Of a DNA stretch of 64,000 nucleotides, positions 26,281-41,214 are shown in pieces; the stretch's first letter is position 1, and each line of letters begins with the position of its first letter. The position numbers and the translations under genes were made by a program. The stretch spans positions 62,001 through 126,000 of the forward strand of contig JAUGWO010000113.1 in the NCBI GenBank assembly GCA_049724395.1, written 5' to 3'. Origin of the DNA: Spongospora subterranea f. sp. subterranea (lineage: Eukaryota). The notes beneath the pieces are model-generated. The model was given only the letters and a program-made list of their open reading frames with translations, made no database searches and was not told where the DNA came from.

Positions 26281-27499
26281 GCGACCCTGGCGTCGTCTTT
26301 ACCGACAATTTGCCGAATCAGGGAAGAGCGCTGCCCGCGCGTCACAAAATTACTTAATCACCGAGAAGTTCCACCGTGAGTTCAAACAGTTTTCTCGGCT
26401 CTGACGGGGACTTCTGTCCACGTTTATTTCGCTCGTCTATTCGCGCTTGTGTTTTCGCCATCCGATATGTGATCGTTTATTCCCGAATGTGTGTTGCGTC
26501 CTGTCGCGCCCCGAGGGCCAATGCGGCCGTGGCCCCGTTGATTGCTGGCCGCCGTCGCTGCAGACACCGATCCCTGATTCGTGATCGCCAGCGCGTGGCA
26601 TGGATGAACGTGGCTAAGCGGTTTCCTTGGGCCATCGTACGTCGGTGAGGTGGTGCCATCCACCAGTGTATGAGTGGCAAACGGGTCTGCTGCTCTGAAA
26701 ACATCTCGTTCCAGCGCCCCATTTTTCTGTAATGTTTTATAGAGCCGCGAACCCGTTTGACCCTCCTGCACCCGACCAGAATCGGTATGAACCTAAAGAG
26801 AGTTGGGCTGAGATTTTCTAATGGCCACTTACAGGAATACCCTCTCGCGTTGAAACTCTTCCCTGGAACCACTACTGATCGACAATACGCGCTCGACCCT
26901 GTGAGAATGGGCCCCGTGTTCCTCAGAACAGCGCCACGTCGTCTGAACAATCACTTCAGACATTGTAGGAACGGGCAGATTGACAGGACAACTGGGGTCG
27001 AACCTCTGGCTAGGATATGTCGTCGCCCTCGCAGAGCCGATTAGACTAACTACAATGGCCAATGAATTTAGGCGATGTTCTGCTTTATCAAAAACTGTGG
27101 AACAAAAAATTATCAGTATTTACCCAATGGATTCCGGTTTTCGATGAACCGTGATGATGAAACTCTCGCGTGTAGTTCAGGGTTAGAATTGTTTATCCAG
27201 CTAGTAATGGCCGATTGCCAAAACAAAAACAGAAATCTGATCGCGAGCCAAACCGGTAGAACGGTTATGGGAACTTGTTTTCCTGGGTTTCGTTGTGAAT
27301 GATGATCATCACACCTCCCATTTGCATCAGAAACGCCTGCATCTGGGCATCCATCGCAGCACGTCGATCGACTCCAATCTGGCCAGCTTCAGCCCCTCGG
27401 TTTTGTACGCCAATCCTTCGTTTTCCTGCTCTTTTGAGTTTGTGCAGATTCCTTGATCGCCCCCTGTACGGTGAACATGAGCCATTCCATCTTGTCGCT

Positions 27500-28380
27500 A
27501 CGCCTCCTCCGTCTCGAATGATTTCGGTTTCGACTATCAGAGTGATCGCGACTACTTTGGTCGGCGAAGCGGAACGCTCTGTTGGCAGGTTCGGGGCAAA
27601 GTCGGGCCGGATGGCCTTCGCCGCCGGCAGTCATGGTAGATGCAACTTCTTAGATTCTCCCCTCGGGACAGCAGGCGAATGTTTCATGACTAGCTCGCCA
27701 ACTTCGTAAATTTCCTCTTCGCGACCCTTGTCGTCCGCCTGCGCCGCGAAATTGAGCCGCGATCACTCTGATAGCCGGAACCGAATCCAGTCATCGTTCA
27801 ATTTCGCGGCGCAGGCGGACGAGGGTCGCGAAGAGGAAGTCTACGAAGTTGGCGAGTTAGTCATGAAACATTCGCCTGCTGTCCCGAGGGGAAAATCTAA
27901 GAAGTTGCAACTGAGGACTTGACGGCTGGGTCAGTCGGGATGGGGATATGTAGCGGGAACCGGAACCTGGTTCGGGCCGGTAAAGCCTTTCACTCTGATC
28001 GTGTCCAGCCGATCGATTTCGAGCCCCGCCACTAGCGCTAGAAGCGGCCCATCGCCCAACGTGACAGTTGTGGCAAATACCTCTCGTCCCCTGTCGTCCG
28101 CCTGCGCCGCGAAATTGAACCGCGATGGACTTCGTCGGGCCGTTGCCGGAAACGCCTTTGCGTCGTTCGACTCGTGGTAGCCGGAGGTCAACATCAACGA
28201 TTCCGTCCTCCCGACCATCTCCATCATTGGCCCATACCCGAGGGGCCGAGCACACAGGAACCCGCCACAATCGATCCGAACGCACCCCGACGTCTTCAAG
28301 GTTGACCGGTTGCTAAAGCGGCGTGCGAGGCGAGGCCGGATCGAATACCTGGTCCGGTGGAAGGTTTATGATGCGGCGTC
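27500..28380. mobile_element. Scrambled chromovirus integrase/chromodomain remnant with nested inversions
   Basis: YEVGELVMKHSPAVPRGKSKKL (GPY/F region, present on both strands), MDFVGPLPET, VFKVDRLLKRRARRGRIEYLVRWKVY (chromodomain). Confidence 0.75.
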
Positions 28381-29613
28381 GCCGCTGTCTCAGTTTCTGC
28401 CTCAGTCGCATCAATGGCTAAAACCTTCTGACGATCTCACCGGAACACTCATGACGATCTCACCGAAATACTCAGCGCGTTTTGGATATTGATAAAAAAA
28501 ATCAATGAACGAAGTGATTCTCACTCAGAAGCTGTTCTCGTTCTGCGAATTCCTCCACCGCTCCAGACGGGTTTGCACACATCACCAGGGTCTACGAATC
28601 TGAGACTATGGATTTGGCGACACCGAAGTCTCTTTCTAAAATTGACCAGTGCGAGATCGATATCGAATTGTGATCAACTTGGGTCAGGCGATACTCCATG
28701 AAGGACATGTCGCCAAATTCTGGCCTGCTCAGATGTTGGCCTCGCGTGTCCTGGGAACGCGACTAATCGGTCATGGGTATTCTCTGTTTATTGGGATCTC
28801 GTGAAGCGACCTATCATCACAGATCATAGGAACGGAAGTCTGTGCGTTGGTGTCAAACCTGCACCCTAGCATTGTTGTGGGCATTTATCTTGTGGCCTCA
28901 GCGATCTACACCTTTTCGAGTGTTTGGCGCTTCAGCGGCTTAGACATATCTGGAAACACGTGGATGTGGATAACGGATTCCTGAGTTGAAATCTTTCACA
29001 ATCACTTTGGTTTTAGACCGAGTTCACTCTCTTGAAGGGCAATTGTTTGCAAATTTACTTTGCCGGCAGAAAGCCAATTGGAAGCTGTCATCAAGGGTTT
29101 TGCACAACGGACTGTATTCGTTGTAGCAATGGCCCCTCCCAACCCAGAGTATGTGGTAATTTCGTGGGCTGGGCCATACTCCTGAAAGCCAAACACAAGA
29201 ACATCTGAAAACAAAGAGGGGACGTGATATTGGGTATTGTGTACGGCCACACAGAAGATAAAGCAGACGCTCTAGCAGACCAATGCGCTGAGAGAAAACG
29301 GTGAAGGGTATCACATCGACGAGCTGTATGAACACGAAACGCGGGCTCGTTGATTGCCAGGATGAATATCACCCGATTCCTCAGAGAACAGTGAGAAGTC
29401 CCCGACAATGCTCAAGCTGTGGTGGCGTTTCTGGGATGATGGTCAACCCCAGTCCCCTCAAGCAGTCGTACTGATCCCATCACTGCAGAGCAGATATCTT
29501 GAGGGTCTGATTTCCTGGATCGCGTACACCGGAATGGCTTCTCGCCCATCCCACGTGGAAATCGCGGACGCGGGTTCAGTGTGAAATGGGTTTGGCGATT
29601 CCATAACCCTGTC

Positions 29614-31183
29614 ATGGTGGTAGATGGTCGGTTCCGGTTCCTGTGGATCGTTTGTCTGATTCTCTGCAACTGTATCAGCCGTTTGCCCTGGTCCGTTTCT
29701 TCCTGCGTCGTCGCAGTTCTCATCTGCGCCGCCTGCGACCGAAACTGCTTTTCTTCGCCGGGCTATGCTGTTCTGTGTATCTGCTCGGGATCACATTCGT
29801 GGAGACCATTCAGCGAGCGATCCCGTTGTTGGTGGTGGAATTCGTTGGAGGGGGAGTGATGTCAATGGGCGTGGACACCGTCACGTTCCTGACCATCTCG
29901 CTGTTCCTCTCGTTCAACATCATGAAGAATCAGCTGACGGTTCGCCGGAACAGTATGGTCGGAGATCAACTTCAGCCCAACAACATTCGCACGATGAAGG
30001 CGCTACGATCCAACAAGGCCGCCGCCGCCTTCGTCTTCGTCAGCTGGGCGATTCTAACTGCAGCTCAGGGCGTTTGGATCGTTTTCCATCCTGAACTAAT
30101 GTCGCTGCAGTACTCGGAGGCGAATTTCGGGAACTCGTCCACCGCCGAATATAAGTTGCACTCGTTCCTGTTGTTCAAGGTCGAGGTGACGACGCTGTTT
30201 CTGGCGGTGATGGGGCGTTCCGGGTCCGAATGCTTGTCGACAATAATGGCCTGAAACGGAACCTGATCAGGGTCGCCCTGTGCTTCATGACCGGTCTCCT
30301 TTCGAATGAGCTGTTCTCCAGCTCGTTGCTCCCCGAGATGGTTGACGATCTTGAGGCCCTGCCCATCGTGTCCAAGCTTCTGATCGGCAACGTCGGCGTG
30401 TTCTACGGGTCAGGGTTTTCATCAGTAATTTATGGGGGGCAAAACATGAGTGAGCTCGTGGTTCAGATTGATTGGAAGCCCCCTGACGCGGCCCCAGAAA
30501 CGGACTAGATTGATGTCCGGCAACACCTACCGATCATCGGGATCAAAGGTTAAGAAGATGTCGCTATTCGAACAGTTCTTACACACTGCTGAGGGATTCG
30601 CAGCGTTCAAGTAAGTCTGAAAACGCGTGTGTTTTCTCACCGATACCGAAACAATGTTCGGTGGTTTTAAAGAGGCCCAATAATTGTTCCACTTAATCAC
30701 GAATTATCCGAATATCTTGTTGATCGTGGATGAATCTGCCATTTTAGAGAACATTTGATATCGGAACTGGCCGTGGAGAATTTACTGTTCTGGTCGGACG
30801 TGGAAGAATTTCGGAATCTGCCCGAGGACTCGGAGCGTCGTGAGAAAGCCAAGTACATCGTGAGATTATACCTAACGACGGACGCGCCCATGGAAGTGAA
30901 CGTCAGGGAGGTGTACCGGCCCAAACTCGACGACCTGGTGAGCTTGTCGAGGCCCGTCCCGGAGAACCTGTTCCAGAAAGCGCAGCAATCGGTCGTCCGG
31001 ATGCTGGAGAAGGACTCAATGGAGCGATTCCGCTACGGGAAGAAGACCAGCGCCATCTGGGATACGTTCCTGATGATCCATAAAGAGAACGCCATTCTCG
31101 ATGGAATTACGCGATGTAATACGGCCGCGACAATCCATACTATCGGGAAAAGCAGTTCCATAGAAACATCGTCGGCAGATTGA
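29614..31183 (+). CDS. Multi-pass membrane protein with C-terminal RGS domain (7TM-RGS-like)
   Basis: RGS motifs HLISELAVENLLFWSDVEEFR...AKYIVRLYL...APMEVNV...LFQKAQQSVVRMLEKDSMERF; several hydrophobic segments upstream; single-base indels near 29665 and 30212. Confidence 0.8.
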
Positions 31184-32265
31184 CGGTCATAATCCGACCC
31201 CTACCCTCGATGAAATCTCCAAACGTGAATATAAAAATAAACTTGAAGTAAAACACAATTTGATAAACTTAAGATACACAGTATGGGAATTTCACCGGAT
31301 TCGCCCAACGTGGCGACCGAATGGGTACAAGATATAGGATTATGTGAGCACTACCCGAGAACCATGAGCAAAGATCATGAAAACGATCACGGCAAAGTGT
31401 GATGATATGTCCCATTAGAATCCAATGATTGTGGACGTCCTGTCGAACATTGAATCTCACATAGTGAAAAGTAATGCATTGAGGGTTGCCAGTACACAAC
31501 TGCGGCAATGCAGAGTATGTGAGATGACGCACGGATTGCTCAAAGAATCCTGTATTAGCCAAACCATGATGCGATAAAGCCATAACGAATCCATCTCCGG
31601 ATTGACTTCGCACACACGCGTCAAGACAGCCTGTCCCGCGACATCCACGTCGCACCTTCATGTCGCATGGCAGCTGACGAATGTTTGTCATTCCAATCCG
31701 ATTCAGCTGTTTGCCCATACCAACATCGAACGGCCAAGTCAGTGAAACGTCACGGGCCAACTTCAATGGCCCACACAGTCGCGGACACTTGGCGCCCAGT
31801 CACGAGTTTTGACTTGACAGCATCGGCGGGTTGCCGTTCCCCCCATCAAGCGTGTACATGACGGTGACGGGGCAACGAAAATAGTTGCGCTGGGTGTTAT
31901 CCGATTCCGCCAGCGCAGCCCTGCGGTCTATCGGGCAATTGACATTGACAAAGTCATTGATGACAGTGGTGAAGCTGCGGCCTTCTTCACGCTGTCATCA
32001 ATCTCTCACAGCACAGTCCAGCTGCAACCTTCACAGACTGATTCTCGTAATAATCAAACCATTTCAGTGGAATCGTTTTCCCCTTCGCTCGTTGATACGT
32101 CGTTTCACCGAACCGCTCATTCGCCGCCGCCCGTCAATCTGGGCGGCAACCGATCACTGCTGGCGATTGCAGATCGCCGCGTGTTAGCGGTCATACGAGA
32201 TTTTTATGGGCCAGAGCATTTCATCGACCTCTCCTTCGGCGAGATCTAAACCAGCGAAAACCGCC

Positions 32266-34016
<1,751 letters not shown>

Positions 34017-34709
34017 GCTCTGTTCAACGTTTTGATATGGACTATTTTGCCTGTCTTCATGTCAAAGCTAAATTTTGTCATAAATATATACATAACAGCC
34101 ACAATGTAAAATGAATTACCTCTGTTTTTTAGATGGATATGCGATGCGATTATAAGGGTTATCGACTTTTTCGGTCGTGCAAAGAGCAAGAGTTTCACTA
34201 TTGTCATGTGTACGTAGTAATAATATTTGAAACCGTATTTGCGGGTTCTCATCCATATCGAATGTAAAGTTACGTGCTGGTAAGCCGAGTCTCAAAACGT
34301 GGACATGACGACCATTCGGGATTTCACGCTTAGCTTCTTCCCCATATTTCGAAAGCAGATTACCGCGCGAAAAATGTTTGAGGAGGTAAATAATCGTTCC
34401 TGACTCAAAATCGAAGGCCATGAAATTAGTCATCGACACTTCGTTGAACAAATCTATACGCACCATCCACGAGTCGTTCAGCAAAAGTCTAGAGTAGCTT
34501 ATCTAACCGGCGGAAGCAATCGCACAAACAGCCGACAGCATTTGTTTCTGGTCGCCTACGTACAGCACTAAACCATTTGGCCTACAGGCCCATGATACCA
34601 TTATTTTGTCGGTAAATTAGAGTATTGTTTGTTTGTCCATTAAGACCAGCCACTTTGACCTTAGTATGTCCGATACACATAAACGATAACACAGCAACCA
34701 AGTTACTAA

Positions 34710-35140
34710 GAGCCCGTTTGGAAGCCCCGGATACGAGATTTTGCAAAATTCTGGTTGCCGTGTCTTTGTGGCATCATCGTCAAGCTCGAAGTCCGTATTG
34801 AATTTTGGTAATCATGTCGAGCAAAGGGCGATCACAGACGAGGGCAGTCTCAACAGCTAGATCAGAAGTACACGCTAAATGGACGGTTGAAAACAACAAC
34901 GTCTGATGGAGCTTATGAGCGACGAGGCCAGCTTTTTTGAGGAAAACCCGAACACTTTGGCGTAGTCTTCTTTCGGGGTCCATCCGCGGACGGGAGCTCC
35001 TCTTTGGCTGGATAACGACAGCACAAACAGGGACGGATTCGTCCATTTGATTCGACGCACTTCAACCAGAAAATTTCGTCGATCCCATCATTGCGACCCC
35101 CAAAACCGAGATGCACAAAAATTCGACAACTCCTTCGAAC
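34710..35140 (-). mobile_element. Partial second PIF/Harbinger-type copy, inverted relative to the adjacent element
   Basis: 34961-35032 is the reverse complement of 35212-35284. 35113-35131 repeats the subterminal motif caaaaattcgacaact. TAA-GAGCCCGTTTGG at ~34707 resembles a Tourist/PIF terminus. Confidence 0.55.
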
Positions 35141-35182
35141 GTTAAAGACCAGTGGGTGATGGCCCTGTCACACTCACACCCT

Positions 35183-36479
35183 TTGAAGTGGGGAGTTGTC
35201 GAATTTTTGCGCCCTGTTTGAGCTGTCGCTGTTTAGTCAAAAAGAAAGCTCCCGTCAGCGGATGGACCCCGAAAGAAGACTACGACATCGTCCAAACTGG
35301 CAAAGCCCGAGAGGGCGGAGCGGCATCATCGATGATCGAAGCCCTGTTGGAGCTGAGATACAGCGACCTATCGAAGCGAGAATTCAACGCTTGTCGAACA
35401 AACAAACAGAAAGCTTCGTGGTGGTCATGACTGACCCGAAGAATTGCGGAATCGACCTCTGAGACTCGACATCTTCCAGACGTTTTTGTCACTGCATGAA
35501 CCCCAGGTCGCAATGAATACTCTATGAAATGCCCGATCGAGAGCATCGACAGAGGCTTGCATATTGATAGCAGCAGATGCATTGCGACGAATCCATCCGC
35601 CATAATCGTATGGGCGTTGGATTTCCAACAACGATCCGTCTATGACAGCACCGACGTCAGGGAAGGCGCGAATTTTCTCAAAGTCAGAAGCCACTGCGAA
35701 TCCATTGTTGACGGGTGGCGGGAAACTGGAGGACACGCTGGGCCCAAACATATCAGGATATCTAGCACCTGTCTGATAAATCAATGATTGTATATCTTTA
35801 AACCGAGTGTATGAAAGTAATCGTGTCGGTACCGTCCAAAGCAAGAGGGTGCTGAGGAAGCCGTGAAAGCAAACAAACCTCGTTGACATTGGTAATAACG
35901 AAGGCTTTGGACACGACAAAAGCAGCGGCAGTTGCAATGAATCCACAGTCTTGGGATAAATACTGCAAGGCCATGGCGGTTCTCATCCTCATTTCGACAT
36001 AAGCATTGCTCGCTGGAATTCCGAGGCCGTTTTCATCGGCGCATCGTTCTAAGCGCTGCACAATGTGGTACAAAGTCGAGCGCGACACCCGTAGATTGTT
36101 CCTGTACCATCCATCGCCGCGGCATGCCTCCACACCTTCAGGACAGTTGCAATCACGTCCATCGGTACAATAAACCCAGCTATATACCTTCCCACACGTT
36201 GTTGCGAATGGTAAAAATGCTCGTCCGGCGCCGCTTGCTGCTACGACCGTCAGCGCCAATTGCAGCAGCGGTCGCGTTCAGGCAGGTCATGAAGGCGACG
36301 AGGGGATCCACCATCTGAATCACAGAATTCTTCTCCATCGAGGTGCCGGTTTCGACGCCATCTTAACGACTGCGGTTTGTCGTTGTTTTCAAAAGTGGGG
36401 ATGAGATCAAAACCCCGACACCCCCAGTGGGGTGACCCAAAACCGATATGTGCAAAAATTCGACAACTTCGTACTTCAA
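35183..36479 (-). mobile_element. Internally deleted PIF/Harbinger DNA transposon (DDE transposase on -, Myb-like fragment on +)
   Basis: Inverted ends ttgaagtggggagttgtcgaatttttgc (35183-35210) and gcaaaaattcgacaacttcgtacttcaa (36452-36479). Transposase RNNLRVSRST...ALQYL...FPDVGAVIDGSLLEIQRP...INMQASVD...GSCSDKNVW. Confidence 0.85.
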
Positions 36480-36502
36480 CCAGTGATGTTACCAAAAGTT
36501 AA

Positions 36503-36574
36503 TGCCTCCAGCAGGGATCGAACCTGCGGCCTTTCGCTTACAAAGCGAATGCACTGCCACTGTGCTATAGAGGC
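36503..36574 (-). tRNA. tRNA-Thr(UGU)
   Basis: 72-nt cloverleaf, anticodon arm TTCGC-TT TGT AA-GCGAA, T arm GGTTCGATCC; identical to 43561-43632. Confidence 0.97.
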
Positions 36575-36603
36575 GATATACGTATTTATTTACATAAACC
36601 CGC

Positions 36604-36796
36604 TGTGAAGTCGTTGTTCTGGGAGATAGTCAACCATGATTCATCTACAGTAGTACGTTATCTACCCAACAACAATGATGATGAAGTCACTTGTTAAATC
36701 CAATCATTATCGTTAAAGCACATGACCATTCACTATTATCTGCCACTATCGTTAGATTATGATTCCCACCACTCTCAAGATGTGATGGCCTCACGA
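36604..36796. repeat. Possible solo/3' LTR
   Basis: Starts TGTGA and ends TCACGA, AT-rich and non-coding, at the downstream end of the minus-strand Gypsy element. No matching second LTR found in the window. Confidence 0.25.
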
Positions 36797-37689
36797 TCGC
36801 CTCAGCCGACGATCAAACCGTCGATTCTAACGACGCTGGACAACCAGCCCAAGCTGATCAACCACACACGACAGTACATGGGCTGATGGAGCAATCTAAA
36901 GGTATCAGCCAATACCCATTTGGGAATTAGACAGTCGGGTGCCCAGCAAATGACTCCGAGAATCCGTCGTAGCGAACTCAATATTGCTCCAATCAATAAA
37001 CTTTGATCAGCAATCATTTTTTCTCATCATGTCAGCGAAGCGATCTTTCGGTACTTTGAGGTTTTGGATCTCAAGCGTCTTGGCCAATTTCGGACCTCTC
37101 ATTGCCGTCGTCGAGGTCGTCGAACATCTTCGACCACCGCTACGGAATCGCCCGCTGACAATAAATCAAAGTGTTCGCAAATTTTGGTCGGCATCTGGCC
37201 CTTGAAAGCGAATTGTTCAGCCTATCCTGCCAGCACGTTCAGCCCGTTGTCATTTTCATTTATCGTTGGTCAAAACACAAGTTTAATCCAAACAGCTCCG
37301 ACCAAGGTCGTTATATTCGATTTACCACATATCGGTATGCTCAACAAGATGTCAAGTTTTACACTCTCGATGCACGTGCGGCTTCAGAAGGCCTATTTCA
37401 TTTTCCTCTTCCAAATGCAGACAACATCCCCACACGCTTTCAATCCTATACTTGAACAGCATTTTGACCTCTATCTGACTAGTCCTAAGGTCTTATCAGA
37501 TTGGGAGATGTGAATAACATCAATTGATAGTAGCGATTTCAGATGATTATAAATCAAAGGAGGCTTACGATGCGTTCTCAAATAGAGTTCAAAATGCTGT
37601 TCAAGTATAGGATTGAATGCGTGTTGAAGTAGATAGGCTGCATAAAATTTTGTTGTTCGCTTTTGACAATCAATTAGCATCATCCACCA

Positions 37690-40640
37690 GGCGTGAATGG
37701 ATACACACTGAAAAGTGTGTGTGCTTCACGACGTCTGTACGCTCGAGGTGATCACTTGCGGTCGACTTACAGACGTGTGATGACCAAACTATAGTTCAAA
37801 GAGTTCTGAATTTATAATTAGGATCGCACAGCTGTACGCCCGATTAACGGCATACGCTGCCCGTTGCCCGAATTACCCGACAGGTAATACACTCCCCCCG
37901 TTGAAACGAACCAACAATCGAGAGAAAAATGCTTGAACCAAACCCGGGACATCTTCGGCGATGATGTCGTGCGGGTTCCCAAGTAGCGTCGGAAACTTCA
38001 AAACCAAAATATATTTGAAATTATGCCAGTACTTCGGCGACTGTTTGCTCTTAAACAGATAGTCGTAGTGGATGACTTTGTTCGGTTGTTCATCGTGAAT
38101 CTCATTTCCGAACGGACGCGGAATAATTTTACCTCTCACGCGAAGACAGTGTAAACAGTGCAGAGCGAAATCGTTCACTGTCGACTTCAATTTGGCCACC
38201 AGAAATGCTTGGCGATTGTGGCAAGCGTGGCGTCGCGAACAAGATGAGCTGAAAGTCCCATGTGGGCGATAACACAAATGCGGATCTGTAAAGGCTCTGT
38301 AGGAATCCATATCTGATTGTCGCGGGTCTTCCACGCCATTTCAGTCGCGTCGATGACCAGTTCGATGTCGTCGTTCAAGATGAAAACACGGCCATCGTGT
38401 GAGCGATTTGAAGAATGAATAAAATCTGACTGGGTTCTAACGATTTCAATAAGCGTTGGCCAAACAAAAGATTCGCTGAATTGGTAATCGTCGAACGAGA
38501 TGCGGAGACGCTTGGCTTTAATGATTGCGTCGTCGCCGTTCGGTTTGACTGGGACGCCCCATCGGGTCCCGAGATCAGCCCAGACGTTGACTTCAACAGC
38601 CGTGTGCTGGATGTCGAAATTATATTGAGGGAGCTGTATTTCCCATCGAGCGAGGCGGTCCTCTGAGTGACGAGAAATTGAAGATGTTCGTGATGTTGGG
38701 TCGGGGATGTAGAACAAGTTACGATGATCGGTAAATATTGTAAATGGGTGCTGGGTCTGAAGGAAATGTTTTAAACGATGGACCCCTTCAACGATAGGGA
38801 ATACCTCTTTCTCTATCGTTGCTCAGAGCAGTTGACTTCCCTTAAACGAGCCACTGATGAAAACTAATGGTTCATGTTGCTGTTTCGAGAATTCTTTACC
38901 TATGTCGTTGAGCGGGATCTGTGTTAGGAAACTGACCAAAAACCGTTCAAAGTATCAGGAAAGAAGCATAGTCTCCAGTCGTCCTTAACGTGGGCCATTG
39001 GTTATTAACTTGGTGAGAACTTGCTTGAACTCGGAACAACAATTGGCATGTTCAGACGTCCACCCCCCTTGATGGACAAGATTGACGAGTCGCAACTGTG
39101 TTTGCTTGAATCAATCGACAATTTTGGAGCAGCGGACTAGTAGTCTCTGCAAAGGGTCGATCAATTGTGCATAACGTGGTATATTCCCTCGTATCCAGTT
39201 GATGGAGCACAAGAACTGCTGTAAATCCGCTGGGACGTTAAGAGTTGCTAATGCGGATACCTTATCTGGGTCGAATGACGTCCCTTCAGCTGAAATAACG
39301 CGACCGCACCATTTGACTGTGTTCTTATAGAGATGACATCGATTCGGATTGGGCTTGATGCCGAAGCGAGCCAAAAGGCCAAGAAGCTTGTTGAGCAAAT
39401 GAAAATAATCATTGTTGCTTTGCGCATAACCCAACAGGTCATCAACCCACAGTAAGACGCCATTATACAGGAGATCGCCTAAAACCTCTTGCTTTCCCGC
39501 TTGAAACGCGAAAACGACGTCGGCCAATCCGTGTATGATTCTTCTTGGCGTGTAGACTGCTTCTTCATGGGTCATGAAAGAACAGCGTTCCCGCGATTCG
39601 GGATGTTGGGGAAACTGCCAGTAGCCTTTAAAGGTGTCCAGCAATATATATATCGATGAGTTACGTAGGTAATTGAGGATGATATCTATATGTGGCATCG
39701 GTCAAATTGTTCGTTCTGATCGGCTGTTCACATCTTTGGTGTCAATGCATAGACGATGACCACGAACGGACGTGTCCTTTTTGTCGATTACCAGGCAAGC
39801 TCGTGTGGATTGCGGTAGATGAATCCGTTCTGCTCCAGATCGGCGGTGTGCTTGTGCATGAAATCTTGATGAACTGGGGAATATCGGCGGGCGCGAGCAC
39901 GGTAATGGGGACAGTCTGCTTTGAAATGGATTTTCATAGCTGAAACCTTTACCGACGGGTCGTTGCCCAGTTTAGTTCTCCACACGTCTTCGTGTCGATA
40001 CACGATCTCACGGAGACGATCTTTGAATTCGTTCGTCAGTCCTTCGGCTAATGCACGATCAATCATCATGTCCATTGATTGGTGTACCTCGCTTGTAGAT
40101 GATTCGCCTATTTCAACGAGGTAGGCGTCTCTCGCGTTCCGATGATCATGTTCCGCTTTATACGAAGTTTGGTGGAGATGTCATAATCGGCGTCATCGTC
40201 GATCGTGGGTTCTTCCACGTCCAGATGATTTTTAGATATATTGACCAGACGTTCGATCAACAGCGTATATGGATCAATAAGCAATGCGACATGTTCGGGC
40301 TGACCGATCAGAATGATATCGTCAGACAGGTCCTGTGCAATAATGTACCACTGGCGTCCCCGTAAACTACATGTTTTGCCGGTCGACGTTGTCAACGTCA
40401 AATCCAGTTTGGCAGTGGCGACGATTGTGATGTTCTTGGACGCTTGTTCCGCTCTCGTTCAAACCTTGTGGACATCCGGGGCAACGACATCAGACCAACC
40501 TAAGCTGCGATGGCAGGAACGACCCCGTTCACACAACAAGGCAGCTCTAGCCCTCATTGAATCGGTAGCTGCGAATCAAACGAGAAATATGGTGCCCAGT
40601 ACGGCTGTGTTCATCAGCACTACAGACAGTTGCTTTTTCT
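37690..40640 (-). mobile_element. Degenerate Ty3/Gypsy pol (protease region, RT, RNase H, integrase)
   Basis: DVWRTKLGNDP...ARARRYSP; LDTFKGYWQFP...LLWVDDLLGYA...VKWCGRVIS; FTDHRNL...RLARW...NVWADL; IRICVIAHMG...HCLHCL...VIHYDYL. Confidence 0.9.
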
Positions 40641-41214
40641 GGTGTCGGTTGTCGCCACCATATCAAGGAGTTATTGATGAGGAGGTAGAGCTCGTTGTCT
40701 CCCCATCTAAGTAGCATTACTTATCACCCGTCTATTTCATGACCACGAACATATCTCCATCCCACCGAAATCAACGACAGACATTCCCAGATACAAATGA
40801 CACTCTGATGTCAAGGGCGATTCTTGCCTGCTCAAGACACAAATACGAGATTCTCGTGTAGGTGTGCAGTCGCAGCTCTTCAGAGAAACTGGACTTCGAC
40901 CATGTCATCCGTCGATTGCAAGAAAACGAGAATCGCCAGACCCCGAAAAGTCAGCAGGGCGCCTTCCAAATCGTCGTTCCCGCGACTCTGCAGCTTTTGC
41001 TTTGGGGGAGAAGATAGGTGTTGGGGTGCAAGCACCCAGAGCTGACGCTGAAATCACTGTTCCATTTGGTTGGCAACGGAAACGCCAGTAAATAACAGAC
41101 CGCAAGCGCGATTTTATCATTTGGCTTCTAGCTCACGATTCGGAAGATTTCTGGGGCCGACAATCCGTACCCAGTAGGTCGCTTGTTTTGATAAAGGACA
41201 ACGTCACTAAAAAC

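Noticed and set aside
26424..27062. Possible small spliced gene
   Set aside because: Splice-like signals exist but I found no consistent frame or recognisable motif.
31269..31860. Minus-strand 165-aa ORF
   Set aside because: No recognisable homology and an ambiguous exon structure.
34116..34484. Minus-strand 122-aa ORF next to the Harbinger element
   Set aside because: Could be an exon fragment, but there is no supportable start or family.
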